Below are positions 9,803 through 18,993 of a stretch of DNA of 64,000 nucleotides, in pieces. Each line of letters opens with the position of its first letter. Position 1 is the stretch's first letter. The stretch lies in NCBI GenBank assembly GCA_963702205.1, contig OY969724.1, positions 1,152,001-1,216,000 of the forward strand, in the 5' to 3' direction. The stretch is from an uncultured candidate division Zixibacteria bacterium. Its GTDB lineage: Bacteria; Zixibacteria; MSB-5A5; GN15; PGXB01. Under the pieces are notes generated by a model, which was not told where the DNA came from, ran no database searches, and worked only from the letters and a program-made list of their open reading frames with translations. The position numbers and the translations under genes are program-made.

Positions 9803-11914
9803 ATGCGATTTGTAAGGCATCAAGCGCGCCTAAGATATTATCTTTTAACATCCTTTTTCGTCGCAGTCTTTTCCTTCATCAGCATTAAAAACGTGTCCGC
9901 GGAGCGTGCCACACCCGAAGAAATGGAGTCCGTGTGCCGCAATTGGCTGACTTTAATGGTCGCCAACGAGGGCGATTGGGGTGGGTCAACCGCACCGGAA
10001 ATTCAAAATAGGATAGATATTAGTGACGGCGATCTTATGCTGGCGGTCTGTTATGAGATTTATCCGGAGGGGTATATTATTGTCCCGGTGCTTAAGGAAA
10101 TGCCGCCCATAAAGGCGTATTCCGACATGGGCCGCTTCAATGCCGATGAAACCGACGGTTTGCCGGGGCTTTTGCGTGAAACGCTCTCCGAACGTTTGGA
10201 ATTGTTCATTGACAGGTACGGCAGCCTTGAGGCAAAAGCGGATGACAAGAATATGCCGCTCTTTGACGGTTCTCATCGCCGCGATTGGGACCGTCTGGCG
10301 GTGAGCCCAGAGGATTTTGCGATGGCTTTAAGCGGCAAAACAATGCGCGTCGATTTGGAAGCCGGGCCACTTCTGACGACTCTGTGGGATCAGAGACCGC
10401 CATACAACAGTCTTTGCCCGACAAGCGAGAGCGGATTGTGCCTGGTTGGATGCGTTCCACTTGCGGCGGCGCAGATAGTTTTTTACCATCAATGGCCGAC
10501 GTACGGAGTAGGATCACATTCCTATTACTGGGAAGGTGACTATTGCACCGGTCTTGGCGGCGGTGAAGTATCGGCGGACTTTTCCGACCCGTACGTATAC
10601 GATGGAGCGAGAGAGAATACCGCGGAAATATGTTTCGAAATGGGGGTTCTTTTTGAAGCTGATTATGGATCTTGTGCGACCGGTGCGGACCCCGACCGGG
10701 TTATATCAGGATTTCCCGAACATCTTCGATATAAAAGTCAAATTGAACGACTCAAGCGAGTGGATTATTCAATCGAAGATTGGTTTCAAATCATAAAAAC
10801 GGAAATAGACGCACTGCGGCCTATTATGTACGAAATCCCGAGACATGAAATCGTCTGCGACGGATATCGTCAGGTTTCCGAAATGTATCAATATCACATG
10901 AACTATGGATGGGGCACCGCGGGTTATACGACGTGGTTTACGATGGATAATCTTTATTGCTACTGGGAACCGGAGGATTTATGTCCCTGGAATAGGGAAG
11001 CGGCCTACGTGAATATCGAACCGGCCCGGGATGTCAACCTGTTCGGTGAACCCAGATTCGGTCAAATTCCTTTGGAAGTGACCTTTCAGGGTTCGTCGGA
11101 GTTTACGGTCGACGAATGGCACTGGGATTTCGGGGATGGCGATTCGTCTTATGAGCAATCGCCCGTCCACACTTATGCGGACGTGGGAAGTTACGACGTA
11201 ACCCTCGAAATCAATTCCGGCGGCGAGAGCTATACTGCCCATTATGAAAATTATGTGGTGGCCTTCGCCGATTCCCTAATCGTGTCCGATGCCCCGTGTC
11301 GTGTCGGACGGAAGGTTGAAGTAACGATTTCGGCGCGAAACAGCCTCGATTTAAAAGATATATATCTCCCGGTCGTTTACGATGGCGATCTGGAGCTGGC
11401 ATTGGATTCGTTTTCGATGGCCGGATGCCGGACAGAATCATTTAATTATATCGTTACCTGGTACAATGCCGATCAAAAACTGGCCCTTTTGCTGAGGTCG
11501 AATTTGATGGATGAACCGATTGAGTACCTACAGCCCGGAGTGGGGCCGGTGCTAAAACTCTATTTTACGGTGGTGGCGGGTAATAACGATCAAACTACGC
11601 AGATCAGAATAGAACCTTTTGACAATTATTACCTTAGTTTCAGGCATGGGCTGAACGACATATATACACCGTTTACGGCCGATGGACTGGCTTTTATATA
11701 TTGGTGCGGCGACGCCAATGGAGATTATCTGGTCAACCTGATAGACATTTTGTACCTGATAAACTATGTCTATGCCGACCCACCCGGTGATCCACCGGAT
11801 ATATTGGAGATGAGTGATGTCAATGCCGACGGAGCGATTAACCTGCTCGATATTTTAATTCTGATAGCCTACCGATACAGTGACCCGCCGGGGCCGGAAC
11901 CTCTGTGCCGGTGA
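9803..11914 (+). CDS. Secreted peptidase C10 (streptopain-like) with propeptide, PKD, cohesin-like and dockerin domains
   Basis: [14 protein letters not shown], catalytic [33 protein letters not shown]; two dockerin loops; GGAGGTG SD before ATG 9803 (ORF track starts 9797). Confidence 0.92.
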   Translation: MRFVRHQARLRYYLLTSFFVAVFSFISIKNVSAERATPEEMESVCRNWLTLMVANEGDWGGSTAPEIQNRIDISDGDLMLAVCYEIYPEGYIIVPVLKEMPPIKAYSDMGRFNADETDGLPGLLRETLSERLELFIDRYGSLEAKADDKNMPLFDGSHRRDWDRLAVSPEDFAMALSGKTMRVDLEAGPLLTTLWDQRPPYNSLCPTSESGLCLVGCVPLAAAQIVFYHQWPTYGVGSHSYYWEGDYCTGLGGGEVSADFSDPYVYDGARENTAEICFEMGVLFEADYGSCATGADPDRVISGFPEHLRYKSQIERLKRVDYSIEDWFQIIKTEIDALRPIMYEIPRHEIVCDGYRQVSEMYQYHMNYGWGTAGYTTWFTMDNLYCYWEPEDLCPWNREAAYVNIEPARDVNLFGEPRFGQIPLEVTFQGSSEFTVDEWHWDFGDGDSSYEQSPVHTYADVGSYDVTLEINSGGESYTAHYENYVVAFADSLIVSDAPCRVGRKVEVTISARNSLDLKDIYLPVVYDGDLELALDSFSMAGCRTESFNYIVTWYNADQKLALLLRSNLMDEPIEYLQPGVGPVLKLYFTVVAGNNDQTTQIRIEPFDNYYLSFRHGLNDIYTPFTADGLAFIYWCGDANGDYLVNLIDILYLINYVYADPPGDPPDILEMSDVNADGAINLLDILILIAYRYSDPPGPEPLCR

Positions 11915-11933
11915 ATGAAGAATTTTATTTTAA

Positions 11934-12038
11934 GCCGTCAGGATGGGATTCTGGCGGCGTTTTTATGTACGGAAAATTAACGGATGATTGCCATTTACCG
12001 ACAAATGTTATAAACTTATGGGCATTGAGGGCGTAGAA
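11934..12038 (+). repeat. 105-bp non-coding direct repeat, copy 2
   Basis: Aligns with 9381..9485. Confidence 0.9.
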
Positions 12039-12039
12039 A

Positions 12040-12134
12040 GTAGGTCGGGTTCCGAGTGGAGCGGAGCGAAATGAGAAACCCGACGAAATCATGTCGGAAC
12101 AAGATGGCAGAATCGCTAAAGGGTTCTGCCCTAC
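12040..12134 (+). repeat. Composite REP-like element (GTAG...CTAC), copy 2
   Basis: GTAGGTCGGGTTCCGA...GAGAAACCCGAC...GGCAGAATC...GGTTCTGCCCTAC. Confidence 0.85.
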
Positions 12135-12145
12135 AAGAATTGTAG

Positions 12146-13042
12146 ATGGAAAATTCATACAGGAAATATCTGGACCCGGAGATCGTCGGGAAGCTTAAGG
12201 GGATGGAGCTCAAGGCCCGTATGGTGGTCGAGGGCTTTATCGCCGGGCTGCACAAATCGCCGTACCACGGCTTTTCGGTCGAATTCGCCGAGCACCGTCA
12301 GTATATGCCGGGCGACAATATCCGCGACATCGACTGGAAGGTTTACGCCAAATCTGACCGGTATTATATCAAGCAGTACGAGGAAGAAACCAATCTCAAG
12401 GGATATCTCCTGGTGGACTGCTCGGCGTCGATGGCCTACAAATCCGACGGGGTTTCCAAGCTCGATTACGCCTCGCTGCTGGCGGCGTCACTGTCGTTTC
12501 TGATGCTCAAGCAGCGCGACGCGGTCGGGCTGGTGACGTTCGACGAGGCAATTCGCCGCTATATTCCGCCCCGGTCGCGGTCCGGGCAACTGCATTTATT
12601 ATTGCAGGAACTGGCGTCCCAGACGGCGTCGGACAAGACCGATATCGCCGATACGCTTCACGAGATGGCCGAGCGAATTACCCGTCGCGGATTGATTGTC
12701 ATTATGTCCGATCTGCTGGATGAACCGTCGAAGATTATCTCCGGCCTGAAGCATTTTCGCCACAAACACCACGAAATAATTCTCTTTCACATTCTCGATC
12801 CGCGCGAGCGCGATTTCGCGTTTCCGTCGGAAGCCGTCTTCAAAGACATGGAAACCGGCGAAGAGCTGACAACTCTACCGTGGCAGATTCGCAAGCATTA
12901 TCAGAAAGCGACCTCGGATTTTTCGGATTATATAGCGTCGGAGTGCCGTCAGAGCCGGATTGACTATCATCTGATCGACACCTCGGTCCCGTTCGACACG
13001 GCCCTTTATGCTTTTCTGGCCAAACGCGAGCGGTTGTATTAG
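12146..13042 (+). CDS. DUF58 domain protein (MoxR-associated, VWA-like)
   Basis: GLHKSPYHGFSVEFAEHRQYMPGDNIRDIDWKVYA, YEEETN, DCSASM, SDLLD motifs. Confidence 0.93.
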   Translation: MENSYRKYLDPEIVGKLKGMELKARMVVEGFIAGLHKSPYHGFSVEFAEHRQYMPGDNIRDIDWKVYAKSDRYYIKQYEEETNLKGYLLVDCSASMAYKSDGVSKLDYASLLAASLSFLMLKQRDAVGLVTFDEAIRRYIPPRSRSGQLHLLLQELASQTASDKTDIADTLHEMAERITRRGLIVIMSDLLDEPSKIISGLKHFRHKHHEIILFHILDPRERDFAFPSEAVFKDMETGEELTTLPWQIRKHYQKATSDFSDYIASECRQSRIDYHLIDTSVPFDTALYAFLAKRERLY

Positions 13043-13111
13043 CATTGTGTTAATTTTTCCCGGATTTCGTTTTTATTGAAACTTCCATTTTCTTATAGAG
13101 TCTAACAATTA

Positions 13112-15499
13112 TTGACACATCAGTTATGGGACGACTATAGATTGGTATCTTTTTTAAATAAGCTTTTTCTGATAATTGTTCTTGCGGCGGGGACGGCGTA
13201 CGGGGCGACAGTCTCCGGGACTATCTATAACGCTCAGACCGGCGAACCGGTGGGATTCGCGTCGGTTCAGGCGCTCGGGACCGGGCGCACGATGATCGCC
13301 AACGAAACCGGGCAGTACCGCCTGCGCCTTAACGATGGTCATTACAGACTCAAATTCAGCTGTATCGGATATCTCAGTGACGAGCAGGAAGTCGACCTGA
13401 AAGATTCGCTGACGCTTGACGTCCATCTGGTACCGGCGGCGATCGTGATCAAAGGTATCAAGGTCTATGATCGAGCGCTCGATCCGGGACAGAAAATCAT
13501 AGTCGAGGCAATCAAGCGTAAAAATGACATTTTATCACATATCAAAAGCTATTCTTTCGATTCCTATTCCCGAATTACATTCACTCGTCCTGACAAGAAA
13601 GCGGATGATTCCTCAAGGATATTTCTGATCGCCGAATCGCAGACGTCGGGGTACTGGCAATATCCGGACAAATATAAAGAGATAATCAATTCCCGACGCC
13701 AGACGGCCAATATCCCTCCCGAGGCAAATTTAGTGGCGCTCGGAGAGATCTTAAACTTCAACCTTAATCGTATCGATCTCGGCCGGTATTCCGTGGTTTC
13801 GCCGACTGCAACGGATGCCCTCGACTATTACAATTATTATCTGATGGACACGATTTATATCGATAAGAAACCGGTCTTTCATCTCGAATTCGAGCCCAGG
13901 AGCCAGTCGGTTCCGCTGTTTGCAGGGACGCTCGATATCGCCGATTCGACTTATGATGTGGTCGGGGTATCGGTGACGTTCAACGAGGCATTGGATTTTC
14001 CGATGCTTGAAGACGCCTTGTTTTCGCAGACATTTGCCGAATTCGAGGGTGAATACTGGATGCCTATCGAAGAACAGATTGCCGCCAAAATCAATATCCC
14101 GGTGCCGGGAATCCCGACCCTTACGCTGGATTTTGTAGGGTCGATCTATGACTATCGTTTCAATATCAATCATCCGAAGAATACGTTCGACGAGTATGTC
14201 CTTGAAGTGGCAGAGACAGCCGACGACGTCGATTCGACGGAATGGTACACCGCGCCGACGATACCTCTGACCCTGAAAGAAGACGAAGCCTATACCCGCA
14301 TAGATTCGACCGTCCATGCCCCCAAACCATTTTATTCATACATGCTGAGAGGTTTGGGATTAGCCCTGGCAATTTCGATGACGCAATATGACCTGGTGCA
14401 TTACAACCGGGTCGAAGGCGCTTATACCGGGTTGGGTGTGGATGTGAGGAAACTTGCTCGCGGTTTGAGGGTATACGCCAAAGCCGGGTACGGCTATAAG
14501 AACGAAAGATGGCGGCAAAATTACGGCTTCGAGTATGAAGTCAGCCCAAAAAAGCATGTCAAAGTCGGGTTCGAGTATCACGATGAAATAACGCACCGTC
14601 CGACCATTTTCACCAAACCTGATTTTGATCCTGCTTTCTTTGCGTTTCTGGCCGACATGGACCCGTTCGATTATTACGTGGAAAAAGGCTTTAAGGCCCG
14701 GGTCGGTCTGAGACCGATCCGCCATTTGGAATTCGCAGCGATATACAGGGATTTCAAACAATACACGGTCGGTAAGAACGAAGATTACAGTCTTTTTGAT
14801 CCGGATACGGCGCGGTTCAATCCTCCCATCGCCGACGGTCATCTTCGTTCGGTAGGCGCCGAACTGGTCTGGGACAGCCGTAACCTGATATTGAATAAAG
14901 GACAGGAATTGCCGGAGTCGCAGCTGCCGTACGTGATTTTCAAAACCGGGGTAGAATACGCCTCGCCGGATTTCATAGACAATGATTTTCATTACCGGCG
15001 CTATTTTGCCAGCTTTAACCCACACTATCGCTTTCTCGGGCTGGGGACAAGCGAGATGCTGTTGTATGGCGGGATGTCCGACGGTAAGCTGACGCCGCAG
15101 AATCTGTTTACGGTCGATTTTGCCGGGGAGTTGATGCCGGAACATTTGTCGTTCAAGACTCTCGGGAGAAACAACTTCAGCGGCAACCGGGTCGTCAGTG
15201 CTTATATCTCCCATGATTTCGGGCGGTTGCTGTTCTTAAAATCGGGCCTGCCGGGAATCAAAGATTTGCCGTTGTCGCTGGGAGTACACGGCGGTGCGTT
15301 CTGGACAGATCTCAGGGGCGAGAATTTTCAGGCTACAATGGATAACGCCCGCCTGGCCCGGACCGCTTTCAGCGAGCTTGGGTTTTCGGTAGGGCGCATT
15401 CCACCGCTCAGTTTCAAGCTCTATTTCACGTGGCAGTTGTCGGGATATACCAGCGATGATATCGAAAAATTCTCGTTTGATCTCGGATTCGGATTTTAA
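13112..15499 (+). CDS. Probable outer-membrane protein, carboxypeptidase-regulatory-like domain + DUF5686-like (start uncertain)
   Basis: VSGTIYNAQTGEPVGFASV...FSCIGY N-terminal domain; YNRVEG motif; amphipathic beta strands; C-terminal Phe. Confidence 0.8.
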   Translation: MTHQLWDDYRLVSFLNKLFLIIVLAAGTAYGATVSGTIYNAQTGEPVGFASVQALGTGRTMIANETGQYRLRLNDGHYRLKFSCIGYLSDEQEVDLKDSLTLDVHLVPAAIVIKGIKVYDRALDPGQKIIVEAIKRKNDILSHIKSYSFDSYSRITFTRPDKKADDSSRIFLIAESQTSGYWQYPDKYKEIINSRRQTANIPPEANLVALGEILNFNLNRIDLGRYSVVSPTATDALDYYNYYLMDTIYIDKKPVFHLEFEPRSQSVPLFAGTLDIADSTYDVVGVSVTFNEALDFPMLEDALFSQTFAEFEGEYWMPIEEQIAAKINIPVPGIPTLTLDFVGSIYDYRFNINHPKNTFDEYVLEVAETADDVDSTEWYTAPTIPLTLKEDEAYTRIDSTVHAPKPFYSYMLRGLGLALAISMTQYDLVHYNRVEGAYTGLGVDVRKLARGLRVYAKAGYGYKNERWRQNYGFEYEVSPKKHVKVGFEYHDEITHRPTIFTKPDFDPAFFAFLADMDPFDYYVEKGFKARVGLRPIRHLEFAAIYRDFKQYTVGKNEDYSLFDPDTARFNPPIADGHLRSVGAELVWDSRNLILNKGQELPESQLPYVIFKTGVEYASPDFIDNDFHYRRYFASFNPHYRFLGLGTSEMLLYGGMSDGKLTPQNLFTVDFAGELMPEHLSFKTLGRNNFSGNRVVSAYISHDFGRLLFLKSGLPGIKDLPLSLGVHGGAFWTDLRGENFQATMDNARLARTAFSELGFSVGRIPPLSFKLYFTWQLSGYTSDDIEKFSFDLGFGF

Positions 15500-16410
15500 T
15501 CCGCTATAGCCGAAAGAATTTCTTCTCTGATTTCCGTGTAATTATCAGGAGCCAGTTGGGTGGTTAGTTTATCGCCGGTGTCGAGTTCTATAAGTCGGTT
15601 CAGTTCGGGCGAATCCATTACTTTCTGATCGGCCAGAATCAGGCAGGGGCCCTCGACCGGTTTGATGTCGTCGACGCCGGTGCGATCGTACGGAAAGCCG
15701 GATGATTTCTTGTACCACCAAAAATAAAACATATTGCCCAGCGGGATGCCCAGCTTGCCGGTTCTCTCTCGATTGGTCTGCAGCCAGTTGGTCGTGGTCA
15801 GGTAGGGGTTGACCGCGATCACGCGGTCGATGCGGTTGTCGGTGCGCTCGGCATTGATGGCGGCATCACCGCCGACGTCGAAACCGGCGACGATTAGCGG
15901 CCGTTTCAGCCATCCGTTGAAGTTGTCGGCAGCTATCACCTCGATCAGGTCCTCACCTTCAAAGACACCCCCGGCATGATAGATTCCTCCGGACTGACCG
16001 GTCGCGCGCTGATCGTAGAGAATGACGGTCCATCCCGAGTCGTGAAGCGGCGCGACATAATCGGCAAAATAAGTCCGGTCGGTATCGGCCGGGTTCAGAA
16101 GTATAACCGTGCCGAGGCTCGAATCCAGGGCGGTTGTATCGGGGCCGAAATATAGACAGGCCAGTTGAATATTGTCGTTGGTGGTGACGGTAAAAGTATC
16201 CGGCGGCGGATTGAAATCGGCGAAGATGCCGGGGTCGTTGGTATATTCAAAAGTCCTGACGGAATATTGATCCGGGTTGGCGCGGGCGGTGAAATCGTCG
16301 ATGACGTTCAAAGGATAGATTATATAGAAGGTGAAAAAGAGAGCGACAATCACCAGCACGGCGGTGGTGCGCACAATCTCTTTGGTTTTTTTGCTCATCA
16401 ATTTGGCCAT
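15496..16410 (-). CDS. Membrane-anchored alpha/beta hydrolase-fold protein with atypical nucleophile elbow
   Basis: N-terminal TM; TVTTNDNIQL, YDQRATGQSGG; elbow reads GFDVGG rather than GxSxGG. Confidence 0.8.
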   Translation of the reverse strand: MAKLMSKKTKEIVRTTAVLVIVALFFTFYIIYPLNVIDDFTARANPDQYSVRTFEYTNDPGIFADFNPPPDTFTVTTNDNIQLACLYFGPDTTALDSSLGTVILLNPADTDRTYFADYVAPLHDSGWTVILYDQRATGQSGGIYHAGGVFEGEDLIEVIAADNFNGWLKRPLIVAGFDVGGDAAINAERTDNRIDRVIAVNPYLTTTNWLQTNRERTGKLGIPLGNMFYFWWYKKSSGFPYDRTGVDDIKPVEGPCLILADQKVMDSPELNRLIELDTGDKLTTQLAPDNYTEIREEILSAIAD

Positions 16411-16554
16411 TTTGCTCTCATTTCAGGAGTTAATGAAACTTAAGATTAAGAAATAGAATGGGATTAGGCAAATGGTATTTTTGGGGCAGGGTGAATGGAA
16501 GGTGGACTTTCAAAAGGGGCGTTACCCACCCGTATTGTGCTTGTTGAAAAACCA

Positions 16555-16653
16555 GTAGGTCGGCTTCCGAATCCTGACGTAGTCAGGAGAGAAAGCCGAC
16601 ATCTTGTTGTCGGGTTTCTCGTTACGCTTCGCTTCACTCGGAACCCGACCTAC
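16555..16653. repeat. Inverted pair of GTAG REP-like palindromes (REPIN/BIME-like)
   Basis: Plus-strand copy 16555..16600 and minus-strand copy 16609..16653, same family as 5107, 7201 and 12040. Confidence 0.85.
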
Positions 16654-16723
16654 TTCTTGCTGCCCTACGAAGGCGTCGTCGGGATCAGCACCTGGCGGAA
16701 CAATATTATGCCATCGACCAGTT

Positions 16724-16819
16724 AATGTCATACCCGCGAAGGCCGAAGGCGCTGAAGAATGAAGTGCGGGTATCCGGAGAATTATGAACTGGATCCCGGA
16801 TTAAGTCCGGGATGACATT
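16724..16819. repeat. GTCAT-type palindromic miniature repeat element
   Basis: AATGTCATACCCGCG...GCGGGTATCC...GGATCCCGGATTAAGTCCGGGATGACATT with terminal inverted repeat and two internal hairpins. Confidence 0.75.
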
Positions 16820-17083
16820 TTTGGTTTGTCTGATTATGAAAGAAATTTCGTATATTTTGCATAATCCTCGATAACGAGCATAAAATTAATAGTCGGGATT
16901 TTTAATTTTAAAAAAAATTATTACGAATAAATTATATAAATACCGCGTGCGTCCGTGGGGACAGTGCGGGTATGGTTGCGACGGAACTTGTCAATCCGGT
17001 CAATCCTCTAAAATCCTTAATGGATGCGGCTTTATCGGCACGGTTTTTTCTGAATAAAATGCCGGAAATGGGCGAATTTCCTG

Positions 17084-17112
17084 TTGACAGAATGGGCAAC
17101 AGGGCTTATATT
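17084..17112 (+). promoter_or_regulatory. Putative sigma70 promoter for the surface-protein cluster
   Basis: TTGACA-N17-TATATT, about 350 nt before ATG 17463. Confidence 0.6.
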
Positions 17113-17462
17113 CACCGTTGGATGATAGGTGTAATGTCTGCAGTACTACCTTATACAACAAAGAATAAGGTGATTTTAAAGTCTTCATTAAAGACGTCCA
17201 ACAAGCGTAATAGCTAAAGTCGTAAAGCGCAATACTCCGTTTTAAGTTGGCCGGGGGGGCCGCTTAAAAGACAAAGTAACTACTTGGGAAGTCAGTTGTT
17301 AGAGCTTTGGGCATAACTTGAAAAAACCCCGGAATGGCCGATAGTAATTAAGTAAGCCCTGCCTATAAGACTGACTTGAACAGAATTTGAGAGGTTGTTT
17401 TTATCGCTTCGTAGTTAAGGGATAACCGAACCGCCCAAGAACTTTAGTCAAGGAGGAAAGGA

Positions 17463-18680
17463 ATGTCCTTGAGTCCGACATATCTAAAACGGCTGGCACT
17501 GATTCTCCCGGTGCTGTGCGTTTTAATTTTTGCCACGGCGCCGTCGTCACACGCCTATGACCTGGAAGTCTTGGTTGGCGATACCAGCGGACTGCCCGGC
17601 ACGCAAAATTCAGTAATCTCCGTATTCATGCGGAACTATACGGACACCGTCGCCGCTTTCGAACTTTGGCTGGTGCTTTCAAACCCTGACATCCTTCAGT
17701 TTCAGACTAACACCGATACAATATCGGTCTTGCGATACTGGGCCTGTGATGAATATGACGGTGCCGTTTGCACGTCGTATGTCGAGGTTTCGGATTATTG
17801 GGTCTGCCAGCAGTACGAGGGTGAAAATTGTGTCGACTCGGCCTTAATTCTGGGGTTCTGGCATTGTCTGGATACGAATGCATTAGGCGATTGCATAGAC
17901 TCCACCTTCCTGCCCGGATTTGATTCGACAAGCATAGATACGGTGGCGGCCCAGGTGGGTAATCTGGATACGGTCGGGACGCTGATTTCAGGATGGGAGT
18001 TGGTTGATTCGCGATCGCTGGCGGGCACGGGATATGACTTAAAGATCACGGCGTCCACGGAGGTTCCGCCAATATCACCGCCGTTCGTCCCGGGGATCGG
18101 TTATCCGCAATACGGAGAAATTCCATTGATAAAGATTTTGGGCGATATAAAACCGATTGCGGACAGTGCCACCAATCGAACTGTCGATATAAAGATTGAG
18201 GCGAACAGCCTGAACAATTTTAGTTTTTCGGACGAGGACGGTAATGGAATCGGCGTGATTACTGAGGAGATCGAAGATACCCTCTGGTGGGAATGCCAGC
18301 AGTGGGTCGATCCTCCGGACAATACTATCTGCTATAACTACAAGCGTGTTTCGGTCGGGCCATCGGATTCGTTCTCGCTGGATACGATTCTGGTCGGCCA
18401 TCTGGATACGACCGCCGTCTTTTTGAAGAATGGCTCTCTGACGGTTTTGCGGGGGCTTTGCGGCGACGCCAATCATGATAACAACGTCAATCTTCTGGAT
18501 ATATTATTCTTGATTTCCAGCATTTATGGCAGTGGCCCGGACCCGGATAACCCGCTGCTGGCTGACTGTAACTGTGACGGCCAGGCCGGGGCCAATATCA
18601 ACCTGCTGGATATTTTGTATTTGATAGGTTTCCTCTATGACGTTCCGCACGGACCGGCTCCGTGCTGTGAAGGATTTTAG
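17463..18680 (+). CDS. Secreted cohesin-like + dockerin protein with Cys-rich insertions
   Basis: Signal peptide; LVGDTSGLPG...ISVFMRN...VAAFELWL...FLKNGSLTV cohesin-like frame; dockerin GDANHDNNVNLLD; AAGGAGG SD. Confidence 0.85.
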   Translation: MSLSPTYLKRLALILPVLCVLIFATAPSSHAYDLEVLVGDTSGLPGTQNSVISVFMRNYTDTVAAFELWLVLSNPDILQFQTNTDTISVLRYWACDEYDGAVCTSYVEVSDYWVCQQYEGENCVDSALILGFWHCLDTNALGDCIDSTFLPGFDSTSIDTVAAQVGNLDTVGTLISGWELVDSRSLAGTGYDLKITASTEVPPISPPFVPGIGYPQYGEIPLIKILGDIKPIADSATNRTVDIKIEANSLNNFSFSDEDGNGIGVITEEIEDTLWWECQQWVDPPDNTICYNYKRVSVGPSDSFSLDTILVGHLDTTAVFLKNGSLTVLRGLCGDANHDNNVNLLDILFLISSIYGSGPDPDNPLLADCNCDGQAGANINLLDILYLIGFLYDVPHGPAPCCEGF

Positions 18681-18993
18681 GCTTAACGGGAAATTAACTT
18701 TGAAATAGTAAAAACCTGACATACAGAGGTCAGATTAACTTTGAGGAATCAACTTTATGAAAGAAAGAAAGGAGGTGAAGCTTTAAAGAGGTAATTTTGG
18801 ATTACACGCGCTCAGAAGAGAGAAGATAACATTATTCTTCTAAATCGGAGATCTTGTGCTTCGCAAGGCTTGGTGGCTCTCGCCGGCGGAGAAAGAAAAG
18901 ATTTCTGATGACCCTGAGGGGGGTTAAACGATTCATAACAAAAGGAATCGTAAGTAAATGTTTAGACTTAACGAAACAAAACAGGAGTACAAA

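Noticed and set aside
4325..12145. Classical integron
   Set aside because: No intI gene, and I could not find convincing RYYYAAC...GTTRRRY attC sites; the repeats look REP-like.
15422..15437. parS-like TTTCACGTGG
   Set aside because: Only a partial match to TGTTTCACGTGAAACA, and inside a CDS; no good parS was seen in the window.
16495..17217. Small ORFs 16495..16725, 16522..16731, 16972..17217 and 17000..17188
   Set aside because: They run through REP elements or promoter DNA and lack protein-like features.
17113..17462. Known riboswitch in the long leader
   Set aside because: A hairpin (TTTTAAG..GGCC/GGCC..CTTAAAA) is present, but no consensus of c-di-GMP, TPP, SAM or cobalamin classes was recognisable.
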